Source: Paraspadella gotoi
Lineage: Eukaryota; Animalia; Chaetognatha
Reading direction: 5' to 3'
DNA: 64,000 nt
Assembly (NCBI GenBank): GCA_051294375.1
Contig: CM119271.1
Span: 14,576,770-14,640,769 of the forward strand
In this document: in pieces, positions 12,345-24,792 of the stretch
Position numbering within the stretch: the first letter of the stretch is position 1
How the letters are laid out: each line of letters starts with the position of its first letter
Program-made: the position numbers and the translations under genes
The notes under the pieces: generated by a model
What the model saw: the letters and a program-made list of their open reading frames with translations, nothing else
Databases searched by the model: none
Told to the model about the DNA's origin: nothing

Positions 12345-13940
12345 CGTTTCCGGTCGAAGGCGGGGCCGGGGGTGTTGAGCGGGCGAGGGTGAGGAACCGG
12401 GGACGTCGGGCTTTTCGGGATACACGAGGATGATGAGAGTGAAAGTTATGACATGTCGTTCTCTTTCTGTTAACGGCTGAGATTTGGAATAACAAGACTC
12501 CACGAAGAGTTTGGAAATAGAAGATAAAAGTCACGCGTGACTCGACGACTCGTGAACGAAGTCAAATCATTTTCTGAAATGAGTTTATAAAGAGTTTAAA
12601 AAGGGTAGCTTAATAAAATAATCAAAGCATATAGATATTCAAACAGTACAATAAAGAATAATTATCAAAATCATTATTTAAAAAATCAAAATAATTACAA
12701 AAATCATTATAAATTCAGAAAGCAATTAATAAACTAAAAATACTGAATCTCGACGAAAGGACTGATTAGTAACGAACGACCTAAGCACGAATGATGAAAT
12801 GATACAAACGATAAATCCTTGTGTCGAAGTAAAGTTCGAACTCAGATATCACGATTCGCGAGTCTTTGGATCTAACAAAAGAAAATCGAAACAAAGGTTC
12901 ACATAAAAAATTACAGCTAAAATTTACTTTCGCCGACCGCGGTTATGCCAGCTTTTGAAAAACCATTTAAAAATACTTATTTTTACTTTGCGCCTGGTGC
13001 CATAATAGAATCTTACCATCCGAAGGTCAATTGAACAAGACTAACATATTCTACATAAAACTTCAATTGAATTCGGAAGACCTCACAGCAATTTATTCGA
13101 TAAAATTAGTTTAATGAATTGTTGAGACGCAATTAGTACATCATTTCAAAAGAACTCTTGGGAAAACTTAGTCGTTTCACGATGAATGATATTTTTCTGG
13201 AAAATAAATGGGAATATCGTCCTCGTGAGCTTGGAGTCATTTGATTTTGGGTCTGGCGAAGTGACATCGTGTTCTCTTCTCTGTTGGCTCACGATGAGGA
13301 ACAAGTTGAGGCGGACTCGTTGAAATGTTCCTTTGTTCCACAAGAAAAGAGGAAATTCGTTGAAACTCGATTTAAAAAAAGACAACGTGAGTTCGTCACG
13401 TCAACTCAAATGTCATAAAATGAAAAATATTCGCTCAATGCTCGTAGATCGTTGTCATGAAAGTTAATAACATTTACGTACTGCGAAAAAAAATAACGAA
13501 TGAATGTGCTTTTTTTTTCAGTAAATTATTAGAATTTGTTTTATTTTACTTCTTCGGAGATCAGTCCGCCCTTTATCGGACGATTAATGCCAAGATAATT
13601 AAAAATCATGGGCGCATATATAAACAGTATATATTTGCTGCAGTTTATGATGCAAAACTGTCTTTTTTACAACTGATAACCCGTTCGATGCTGTATCAAT
13701 CAAGGTGAGCCATATCACAATAATTCCCGCTCATCAACTTCATACATACATACATAATGAATGGATAATTTTTATATTGGTTGTACCAATTTCATAAAAT
13801 TCAGCTCCTTGTATTTTGATGCTAGTGCGGAGTACAATAAGTATTCCCCGATCTAATACTTAAGGGAGTGGTCTTTTCATACAATTGAAACATTCTTTGA
13901 AATATTATACCACTTCATTGATAGGGGAAGCCAGGTACTC

Positions 13941-14122
13941 TGGGAGTGAATAAACGAGACTGTGAGAGAGTCTTGATTGAAACCTTGCAGGGACCTGCTA
14001 TGTCATTATCTTGTAAGAGTGATGGAGGCCTTAAACCACCAAAGCCTGTCCAAAGTCAGGGGCAAGATAGCTTATTTATTAAATGAATGGATAATTTTTA
14101 TATTGGTTGTACCAATTTCATA
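13941..14122. repeat. Dispersed repeat family with a shared terminus (other copies at 13756-13796, 55869-55950, inverted 2660-2697, inverted 45632-45733)
   Basis: 14041-14122 matches 55869-55950. The terminal motif aatgaatggataatttttatattggttgtaccaatttcata recurs, and 13941-14040 is the reverse complement of 45632-45733. Confidence 0.85.
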
Positions 14123-14849
14123 CTAGTATTTTGACTGAACTGAATCAAAACCTCAAATAAATTTTTTATATAAACTAAACTGGTGAGTCTGAGCAGAAAA
14201 ATTTCCTTTCAAATCTTTTGACTGAGCGGAAATCTCGAAGAGTAGGGGGGGGGTCATACCAGACTAATTGGAATATCAGCGCAGAATTAGGTGAAGGTAG
14301 TAGATGTGCTTAATTCATTTATGAATAAAAGAAACTGGCGGCAGTTTGATCGTGATACTGACATTTATATTTTAAACTCGTTTTAAATATCTATTTAGCC
14401 TTTCAAAAAGATTTTTCATCACTAATATTATTTTTTTAGTCAAGTTAATTAAAAAAAATATTAATGGCCACGTCGCTGAGATCTAATGATAAACTTTATC
14501 ATAAAGTCTACTGATTCCTTTTTTTATAATGATTATAGGTTATTATAATTTTAGATTAAAAGTCAAACTTCAATCCGAGTAGAAAATTAAACTTATATAA
14601 AATGAAATTAATATAGTTTTGGCTTCAAATATCCATTTAAATTGCAAACTGTAGTTGAAGTTCGTTCAAATATCGATGTCGCCGGCGATTCACGCATGAG
14701 TCACAATCGCGCTCGCAACGGCTTCCGTTCAACCCTAACGCTAAACCGGGCACCGATCAAAACCCTTACACGAACCAGTTTCCCCGGCTCACGAAATCAC
14801 CAGCGAGCCAAGAAGTAAATGTTTTTTGTGTGAGAAAAATAACCAAAAT

Positions 14850-15320
14850 GAGGTTTATTCAGTTAATACAAGTGTTTAAGAACACTTACAAAATTGATTT
14901 ACATAATGGAGTGTGTAAGAGAGCTCCTAAAAAAGAGGCCCTAAGAGGTCCTAAAAAAAAAATTGAAAAAATTGAAAAAATTAGGACATGGTTCTCTCTG
15001 AAGGTTTCAGAGCAACTCCTTTTATATCTTTGCTCAAGAGGAGGAGGTCAAGTCCCATGCTCCTGTAGCATCATTGCAGCACTGGGACAACTGTCGCCTA
15101 AGGTTACCTTAACGGGTCCTTTGATATGCTGCTGACTATACTAGCTCAATCTACAAAATCTTAACTCGATCTTCTTTCATAACTTTAGAAGTTAGTTTCT
15201 TTTTACTTTGAGAATTTTAGAAGAAGATAACACAAGTTTTTGGTTTCATAAAGAGATGACAAATAATTGGTTTTATTTCTGTTTAAATAAAAGTGTTGAA
15301 GAACACTTACAAAATTATAG
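14850..15320. repeat. LTR-like ~350-bp repeat in a permuted/tandem arrangement (second copy at 17647-17990)
   Basis: Shared blocks tgtagcatcattgcagcactgggacaactgtcgcc, aataaaagtgtttaagaacacttacaaaattga and ttttatatctttgctc. The minus strand has a TATA box then AATAAA and ends in CA. Confidence 0.55.
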
Positions 15321-15789
15321 CAAAAAATCTTAAAAGCATAAGGATCGTCGCAAATGCATAAGAAAAATCTGGATTGACGACAAATTTTGATACTAAAAAA
15401 ATCAAATTTGAGAAAAATAAAGAAAAATAAAGAAAAAAAAAGAAAAAAAAATAATCTACGAAAATCTCGGAAGTAAATTTGTGAATAAAGAGAGAGAGAC
15501 AGAAAATGTAACGGGAGAGATATTTTTAGAGAGAGTGGGAAACATCCGGGATGGACTGGGGCAGCTGTGAAATTCGAAGACGAGAGAGAAGAAAGCGAGA
15601 AGACGAAGGGGAGGAAGACGACGAGACAGAGGCCTATTCCTTATAATCCGCCCCCTCAAAGAAAGAGTCGATGTCCTTATCTTCCTTAGTCTCCCCGATC
15701 CTCACTTTTATGACCTTTTGTCTACCGTCTCCGCTTTCTCTGGTCAACTCGAGCCTTACAGTCGAGCCCATGGGTAATAAAATCCTCTC

Positions 15790-17420
15790 CTTACCTCTCG
15801 AGATTTTCTCATTTCCATGCGGCAACTCGCGACCTCCGAGCAAAATTATTTTACTCTACAATTTTTTGGAAAATTCATATTTTATTTCTTCGACAATTCG
15901 TTTCACTGTGTACCCATCTTCACCGGGTAATCATGGACCTTAATAAGTAAGTAAGCTAATAACATAAAAGAACGAATACTAATAATCAAGGAAACGTACT
16001 TGGTCCAGAATAATAGTGGAATCGTAAAATACTAGGTTTGCTAAACCAAGGAATATATTTTCCTCGTATTTCATAACTAATGTAAACAAAATAACATCGT
16101 TTCCACTGGAGTCTAGTGAAACTACGCTCCCAAGGAGCCGTGCTCAAAATTAAATATTCGAGCAGGGAGCTATTTCGAAAAGAAAATAATAATATATATA
16201 TTAATAAAATAATTACATGGCTCAATAGAGGAATTTACAGAAACAAATAATAATTCCTCGAATAAGCTTGGGTTGTCGTAAATACAAACAAAAAGGGAAA
16301 GAACACGGAATATCTTTTAACAAATAATTTCGAAAAAGGAGGCCCGTTTTCTTTACTGCCAGAAACAAATTCGTCGATTGCCTATAGTTTTTTCATAACA
16401 TTAAATGTTAACTGGAATTTGTTTCTGTTACATAACGTATAATAAGGGCCATCCGGAATAAACGTATTATTATTTAGAAACAAATAGTAATAATACCAGC
16501 GTGTAATCACGAAAAACGTTCTATCTGACTAGACAGAACAAAAAGAATTAAATTTACTCTCCTGGACTTATTTCAACAAAATGTACGAAATCAAAAAAGT
16601 ACAAGAATTAAACGTAATAACTAATATTATTTGGCAATGTTACGGAGCATATTAATTTGCAAGATTTTGACTGGGTCATGGTATTAATTTTAGTTATTTT
16701 TTAATCGTTTTACTTTTAGCTCACCCAAACTCATTTTCAACGCATGTCAGCGTTGTCGGGGCTACCACGCCCCAGATCCACACATCTGCAACTACTTGGC
16801 AGGTTGCTTGGGAACCGTGCTCCGGGAGGTGCACTTAAACCAAACCGGAAGCAGCAACATCGTGGATGTGGCGCGGCTGGTCCCCAGCTGCTCCCTGCCT
16901 GCCCCTCGCCCTCTACCTACACTTCCGGATGATTCGTCGGTGGCGGCGTCTGTGATGGGACATTTTTCCCCACCTTCACTGCGCTCACCGTGTTCGTCTC
17001 CACCATGGGCGGAGTCACCGACTCCGTTTCTCTCAGCGTCCGAAGGATTCCCCGGTCGACAGCCGACGGCTTCTCCTATCCGTTTGGCACCTGGATCGCC
17101 GCCATCTTCCCCGGCGGCTATGAACTACCCTCCCTTTATCTTTACTATAGCGTCGCCGGCGCGTTCGACGGCGTCTTCCCCTCCTTCCGGTGTTTCGTCT
17201 CGGATTACAAGAGTGTCATCGGAGGAATCTTCCTCCGATGAGTCGAAAAATCAATCGGAGCCCGGTTCTCCTGTCAGAGATCTCGCTCCGGTTCTCCTTC
17301 AGAGCCGAAATCCCCTATGTTGGAGAGATCCCGTTCCGGCTCTCCTTCTCCCATGACGTCGCCCCGAGTCTCTTCTCGGAACTCGCCAAGGAGACCGTCA
17401 TCTCCGCAATCAGTGCGATC
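15790..17420 (+). repeat. Tandem unit (AT-rich ~950 bp plus GC-rich ORF), homologous to 18893-20180 and partly to 17993-18810
   Basis: Colinear conserved blocks, e.g. tacccatcttcaccgggtaatcatgga, aatcaaggaaacgtacttg and gccagaaacaaattcgtcgattgccta. Confidence 0.85.
16720..17356 (+). CDS. Unknown Ser/Pro-rich protein with N-terminal C-x2-C-x3-H-x6-C motif, copy 1
   Basis: After a ttttag acceptor the frame reads SPKLIFNACQRCRGYHAPDPHICNYLAGCLGTVLREVHLN and continues into ORF 16796-17356. Confidence 0.5.
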
Positions 17421-18045
17421 TGGTTCGAGAGATCTGTTAGTAATATTTTAATTAGCTCCCAATTTAGTAATTAACTTTCAATCAAATTTTGTCTCTCTAA
17501 ATTTTCTTAGTTCCAAAGTTTAATATTTTGTAGATTCACAGAGCTCGGCTCCTATTTTGTAAACATTTAGTGAATTAGATAAAGGAAGAGAGACAGGAAG
17601 GAGGCAGAGAATTAAGTACATTCCATTTTTAGATCAAGGGATTAAGTGTAGCATCATTGCAGCACTGGGACAACTGTCGCCTAAAGTTGCTTTAACGGGT
17701 TCTTTGACTTTGCTGACTGCACTGGCTCATTTAATAGAATCTCCGCTCGTCTCACTTCTTCTTTTTAGAGTTTAATTTTAGAAGAAAATTACAAAAGTTT
17801 TTGATTCACAAAATGAAGGCAAAACAGTTTATTTCTTTCAAATAAAAGTGTTTAAGAACACTTACAAAATTGATGAAGACAATATTAGTGGAAAGTAAAA
17901 ATAATTATTATAAGGCTTCTCTCTGATGCCTCAGAGTTGTTGCTTTTATATCTTTGCTCGTGTGGAGGGGGTCGAGAATCGCCCAAGTCTCCTTTTGACT
18001 GGATCATGGTATTAATTTTAGTTATTTTTTAATTATTCATTTTAG

Positions 18046-18862
18046 CTCACCCAAACTAGTGTTCAACGCCTGCCGGCGTTGTCGGAGCTACCATGCCCCA
18101 GATGCACGAATAGTGTGCAACTATTTGTCTGGTTGCTTTGGGACAGTGCTCCGGGAGGTGCACTTCAATTCAACCGGGAACGGAGGCATTATCGACGTGG
18201 CGCGGCTGGTCCCCAGCTGCTCCTTGCCTCCCCCCAGCCCTCGACCTGTACTCTCGGACGATTCAGCGTTGGCAGCGGCGGCGTCTGTGATGGGGCACTT
18301 CTCCCCACCCTCGCCGCGCTCGCCGTGTTCATCTCCGCCACGTGCGGAGTCACCAGCTTCCCCCGTTTCCCAAATGTCCGAAGAATTCCCTGGACAACAG
18401 CCATCTTCTCCCGTCCGTGTGGCGTCCGATTCATCCCCATCTTCCGCGGCGGCCAGGAACTCAGCACCTGGATCGCCGTCATCTTCCCGGGTGGACAAGC
18501 ATTACCCTCCCTTCCGATTTACCGTGGCGTCGCCGGCGAGTTCAACGGCGTCCTCTCCCCTTTCAGGCGTCTCGTCTCGGATTACGAGAGCGGCGCCGGA
18601 GGAATCTTCCGCCGGCGAGGAATCGGGAAATGACTCGGAGCATGACTCTCCGGTTTTGAAGAGATCTCGCTCCGGGTCGCCGTCAGCGCCGGGATCTCCC
18701 ATGTCGGAGAGATCCCGTTCTGGATCTCCGTCGCCAGCAACGTCACCTCGAACCTCTCCTCGGAACTCTCCGAGGAGTCATCCGTCATCTCCGCGATCAG
18801 AGCAATCTGGTTCGGAGGAGCCATCATCTGCTGACGCCATCTTCTCCGGCGGCTCTCGATGA
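18046..18862 (+). CDS. Unknown Ser/Pro-rich protein, copy 2
   Basis: 267-aa ORF FNACRRCRSYHAPDARIVCNYLSGCFGTVLREVHFN followed by SP/RS repeats. Confidence 0.55.
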
Positions 18863-19813
18863 TGACGACGGTGGCATGGACGTCCATATCCCATACCTCT
18901 CGAGATTTTCTCATTCCCTTGCGACAACTCACGACCTCCGAGCAAAAAATATTCTACTCTTCAATTTTTGGAAACTTCATATTCTACCCCTTCAACAACT
19001 CTTTTCACGGTTTACCCATCTTCACCGGGTAATCATGGATCTTAACACGTGAGTACGTTTTTAACATAAGAACGAAAACCAGTAATCAAGGAAACGTACT
19101 TGATCCAAAATAATAGTGGAATCGTAAAATAATTTACCGAGAAATATATTTTTCCTCGAACTTTATAACGAACGTAAACAAAAGCATCGTTTCCACTAGT
19201 TCAATGAAACTACGCTCTCAGGGAGCTGTACTCAAAATTAAACATATTAGCAAGGAGCAGTTTTGAAAAGAAAATAATAATATTGTCATGATCGATAACT
19301 AATTACAATGGCTCCATAGAGGAATGTTACAAAACAAATAATAATTCCTTTAGTATTATTATTATATATACGAATGAAAGGGGGAAGAACACGGAGTAGC
19401 TGTTAACAAATAATTTTGTAACAATAATTTCGAAAAAAAAGGAGGCCCGTTCACTTTACTGCCAGAAACAAATTCGTCGATTGCCTAAAGTTTCTCATAA
19501 CATTACTTGCTGACGAGAATTTGTTTCCGTTACATAACGTATAAAAGGGCCATCAGGAATAAATGTATTTTTATTCAGAATAAGATCATACTAATAATTT
19601 CGTGTAATCACGAAAGACGCTGTTCTATCTGACTCGACAGAACAAAAGAATTAAACGAATTCTCCTGGACTTATTTCAACAACATGAAATAAAACTTACA
19701 AGACTTAAACGTAATAACTAAAATTATTTGGCAATATTATGGAGCATATTAATTTGCAAGATTTTGACTGGGTCATGGTATTAATTTTAGTTATTTTTTA
19801 ATTATTCATTTTA

Positions 19814-20607
19814 GCTCACCCAAACTCGAGTTCAACGCATGCCAGCGTTGTCGGGGCTACCATGCCCCAAATGCACGAATAGTATGCAATTACTTATCTG
19901 GTTGCTTGGGAACCGTGCTCTGGGAGGTGCACTTCAATCCAACCGGAAACAGCGACATCGTGGACGTGGCGCGGCTGGTCCCCAGCTGCTCCTTGCCTGC
20001 CCCTCGCCCTCTACCTTCACTTCCGGACGATTCGGCGGTGGCGGCGGCGTCTGTGATAGGACGTTTTTCCCCACCCTCGCCGCGCTCGCCGTGTTCATCT
20101 CCTCCACTCGCGGCGTCGCCAACTTCCCCGTCTTCCCCAATGTCCGAAGAATTCCCCGGAAAACAGCGGACTTCTCCCGTATGGAAGATCTTCGGGGACT
20201 CCCCGTTGATCGACGTATGGAACTGGCTGGTCAACCTCGCTCCGCTCCTCGGGATCGTTGCGATCGGGGGCGTCATCGCCCTTAGTGTGTGCTGCGGATG
20301 CTGCCAGTGTGCCACTAGTTGCATCAGACGGCAAGCGGAAGCCGTAGGCCAGAACGTCGACGCCGGGACGTTGAAGACACTTGCCGCCAATCTGAGACTT
20401 GTCGCCTCGTTGCGGGGGGGCGCGTCAGCGGATACGAGGATCCGCCTCCCCATTTCACCACGTTCTCCGTCTCTCCCCTCCTCTCTTGGACCGTGGAGCG
20501 GGCGATCGGAGAAGAGCGCGAGATGGACGAATCATGGGGCGAGAACTGGGACTGGGGCAAAGGGCGATGTTGGATGGGCCGAGGGAGAAGAGAGAGCAAG
20601 AGACTGA
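19814..20607 (+). CDS. Unknown Ser/Pro-rich protein, copy 3, fused to a transmembrane segment and Cys-rich tail
   Basis: Same N-terminus. It diverges after QRTSPV into WNWLVNLAPLLGIVAIGGVIALSVCCGCCQCATSCIRRQ. Confidence 0.5.
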
Positions 20608-22926
20608 TCATTGAAAGAGTAGCCCTCGGCCCGAATGGTTGTATTATTTTCTAGCTCTGTGAATTCAAATAACTTTGCCTTGTAAATAAGTAAATAAACT
20701 CGTTTTTGTGTTACAATTAAATTTGTGATTTAAATATTCATCGAAAGTCACTAAATTGTAAAGACATTTAGAATTTTCGTATGTAACTTTCACTACAATA
20801 TAATAACTATAGCCAACCGAAAGCTCTCTCTCCATTTCCTTTTTTTCACTCACCTTGCTTGAAAATGGAAACAAGATAGAGGCTCACCTTACCGCCAGAA
20901 CCTCTCTCTCCCCCGGGCCTTCTCTTCCCCCTCTCAACGCCTCCTCCTCCCCTCGTCGTCCCCTCCTCTTCATCCCCGGAGTCACGGATAGTCTTGGAGA
21001 TCGGACTCACTCTCTCAACTTCTCCTCTTGGTCTCGGGGTCTGCAAACCTTCCCTCTCCCATCTCTCCATTTTATGTACCCTTGTTCCCTTTGTTTTAGC
21101 TACTTACCTATTACCAATATATTCCTTACCCTTCTTACCTCTTTTCCCTGATGAGAGACTAGTTAGTACCTACCTTTAGCTAGATACCCATCTTCCCAGG
21201 GAAAAAAAATCAAATTACTTGATAAACCAAAAAAGACTCAAAAAAAATTTTAAAATATTACAGAGCATATGGAAGAACTGAGTCTCAGCGACAAACAGAG
21301 AGAATCGCGAAAAGTCTTGCGAGATTAGAATCAGAAGAACTCGTGGGGGAGAAAGGAAAAAAAAGACTAACGGCAATCGTGAGACCATCGAAAAAAGTAA
21401 ATGAAACGCGCCATGTGACTCCCGGCGGATCAGGTTTTTTTTTAATTTTAATTTTTTAAAAGAAAAAAAAATAACAATCACTAAAACCCTTTTAATGTTA
21501 CAATTTCGAATCCGATTTTACAAATTTTAACCCAATCATCGGGGAAAAGACATCAAAGAATTCCAGCGCACGTTTCAAGACTCGGTCGTCCCAACCGCCT
21601 ACGAGTAAGGACCGAAGGAAGCCCGGGAAGGGGGGGGGGGAAGAAAGGAAGGGACCGCGCTCTCCCGCCCACACCGTCTCAACCCATCACCCTCGTTCCC
21701 CGCCTCGTCTTAAATGAAGATCGAGATGCGGAGAGAGAGAGAGAGAGAGAGGGAAACATCCGGGACGGACGAGGCAGCTGTGAATAAAAGAAAACGAGAG
21801 AGAAGAAAGCGAGAAGACGAATGGGAGGACGGAGACGAGAAGGAGGCCTATTCTCCATATCAGCGTTATAAGAAAAAGATAACTATAGCCAAACCGTTTT
21901 TTTAAAATAAAGAATATCCAATATTTATCAGTGGGATAAAAAAGAATTATAATAATTCGAGTTCCAAAATCATTGTCTAAAATACCCGAAATAAATACAT
22001 TTTCTTGTCACCTTTAGTCTTCATTTACCAAAACCCGACGCAGTCTGCTACAACGTCGATGGTATGTACATAAAAATTACGATGAATAGATTTACTAAGA
22101 AAATGAATAAATGAATAATTATTAAATAAATTGAAATAAATTGAAAGAAGTTCATCGAATACCCAATCTATACCATGTCTTTAAGAACTGGGCAATTACA
22201 TGAAAGGGAGCATCGAAAATATTAACAAGGAGACTGGATATCTTCGTCGCTGCAGGCATCTCAAATTTGACGAAATTTGGCATTCAGTTTATACCGACGT
22301 TATGTGATTAGTCAGATGATTTCTGGTAATTTTACGAAATAAAAAATACGGAAAATCCCACCACGTCGAGGTCTCCAGGTTTCTTTGCCGATAATCGGTG
22401 AATACGTCTACTTGAAACGAGATGTGAGGCCCTCGCGTACGATCACCAATTCAGGGAGAGCGAGAAAGAGTTCACTTATTTCATCTTTTCCTCAAGAAAA
22501 GAAGATTGTGTGACGCTCTCACGACTCTGAAGAGTGAGAAATACATACAACAAGATAAGCAGATGACAATTCCGACTAATTCTCTGATAATCCTATTTAG
22601 TAACACCATGGATTTTTTTTTACTTAGTACAAGGCTCCCACCCCCCCAAAAAAGGAATTTCAAATTTATCAAATCGAAATATAAAAAAAATGAACAAAGT
22701 CAAAGATTTAAAATATATTTAAGCTCACTCCCCCACCAAAAAAATAAAAAAATAAAAAAAACCAAAAAAACGTCTTGGGTCATCCTGTTTGTTTCTTTTT
22801 GAAAAGAGGGTGATAGCAAGGGAAAGGGGGGACTTAAAGAGAGAATTCTACTTATTATTTTAAAGCCACACATTACAGTTATTCTACAAGGCAAGGGCAA
22901 CGGCGTGACCAAAAGACAAACATTTT

Positions 22927-24157
22927 TTAATCCACCGTGCCCAAAACGTATCGAACGGTAAAAGCGAAAACGGTGACACCGAGTATCACGACGATGTTAG
23001 TCAAATTGGCGACGATGGCGCCGCCGACGGCCTCTCCCCCGCCGCCCCAAGCCCATTGAAATAAACCTGGCGCGGCGCCTGGCTCGGGCTCGACGACGCC
23101 GCGGCGACCGTCCATGTCGCCGCTGGACGCCGTCGACGATGAGTCGTGTTTTCGCTTCGACGATTTGGCGGCGTCTGCCGCGCCGGAAGCGCCAGGCGCT
23201 CCGGAGCCGGCCGAGGCGAGCAAACCGTCGTTCATCTCTCGCAGTTTGTCGCCGATCTCCTCGGCCGTCTCGGGAAAGAGTTGGACGAAGACTTTGTTGG
23301 CGAGATTGTGGGAGAGGCTCTGAAGGGCCAACTGACGTTTGGTGTGGTCCGAGGTTTCAACGCTGCCGAGGGTCGGAGTCTTTTCTACCATGAAGCTGAC
23401 CTGAATTTGGAGTTGGTGGGCTCGATAAAACTTGAGCTGCAGCTTTCTCTTTTTTTTTTCTTAATTTGTTTAATATAGGATAAAACAAAAAGTAATACGT
23501 AAAGAAACTCACCAGTCCGGTCAATATGCTGGAAACGCTCCAGGCTGGGTTCCATGTGTCAGGATGAAAGTCGGAAATTGAGAGACATAAACGCGTGTTA
23601 ACCTAAAGTAGTAAAAAAAGGTAGGGCCAATACGAAAAAATACAATGCAATGCAATAATAAATTTATGGAAATCTCGTCGCGACGAAGCCGGAACGACAA
23701 CAAAATCGAAATTTTCGAAAATAGGGTTAGTTTTATACACTATTTTTAGTATTACTTACCTTGAACCTGCCATTCGGCGTGATCATGTAGATGCTGGGCG
23801 GTTTGAAGGGGAATTCCCGGGGGAAGACGAGCTTTCCGTGGTAGAATCCGCCCTCGTAGGGAGTCTTCTCGGGTCCGCGGACGACGTAGTGCCATTCGAG
23901 GATGTTCGTCGGCAGAAACGTCGCCGTCACGTAAGGCACGGGATCGCGGCGCAGGCGAAGCAGGTCCTTTGAAATGTATAATAATGACACGAATGAATAA
24001 TGAATAATCAACTGAATCATTTAACGAAAGTGAATGAATGAATGAGTGCGAAAACTATAAAAAATAATTCTAAAGAAAGTAATTTCCATGAGACATGGTA
24101 GTACGGAAAACTAAATTTCACCTGCTTCAAACGCGCCGTGGCGGTGGTGTTCACCAT
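22927..24157 (-). CDS. UBE2J2: Ubiquitin-conjugating enzyme E2 J2 (Ubc6-like, tail-anchored), intact copy
   Basis: [96 protein letters not shown], and a C-terminal TM segment. Confidence 0.96.
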
Positions 24158-24792
24158 GGCCTTTGACTTTTTCGACGCCATTTTTGCGTTTTAAAGTTTT
24201 CCGTCTCGAAATTGTATTTTGTCGTCCTTTTAAAGGTTTTTTTTTTTTTGAGACCCTTCCGCCCCCCAAAAATATGGTTATCGAAGCTCGAAATGATAAT
24301 TCCGCTTTTGAAAAAACATCTGCCAAAAAAAGAGAAAGGCCGAAGCGACGGGGATGAAAACAAATGAGACGGCGGGAATAAATTCGGGACGTAAAAGCAT
24401 TTTGGTTTCTTTACAATTTGATAATGAGGATATTTTTTGCGTCGTCAGCCTTTACGATTATACTAGCACGACATTAGTTACACGATTTTGAGTAAACACG
24501 TCCAAGGATTGAGAAATAAAACCTCATCATTGAAAGGAAAAGAAACCGCTTCTGAGTACAGATCTTTTAAATTTGTACGAGCGTACCTAAAATTGTACAT
24601 TAAATTGTAAAAACTTTTAATGTTGTAAGAGCGCTTATCTAATATGTAAAGTACGCGCTAAACTAAGCCAATCAGTTTCATAAAAACTTTAAAGAAGGAT
24701 GAAAATTTTTCTTAAAGATCACAGTCCAAGGTTTTGGAGAATTTATCCTAAAAATGAAAAGGACGACGTCGTGGAAACTTCTTAGCGTCCGA

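Noticed and set aside
14105-14127. Hairpin followed by CTAG-T (Helitron 3' end)
   Set aside because: The other three copies of the repeat end before CTAG, so it is probably flanking sequence.
21148-21180. CTGATGAG hammerhead-like start
   Set aside because: No properly placed GAAA or stems.
22150-22260. 35-codon minus-strand ORF (MPAATKISSLLVNIFDAPFHVIAQFLKTWYRLGIR) downstream of UBE2J2
   Set aside because: Too short, with no recognisable homology or splice support.
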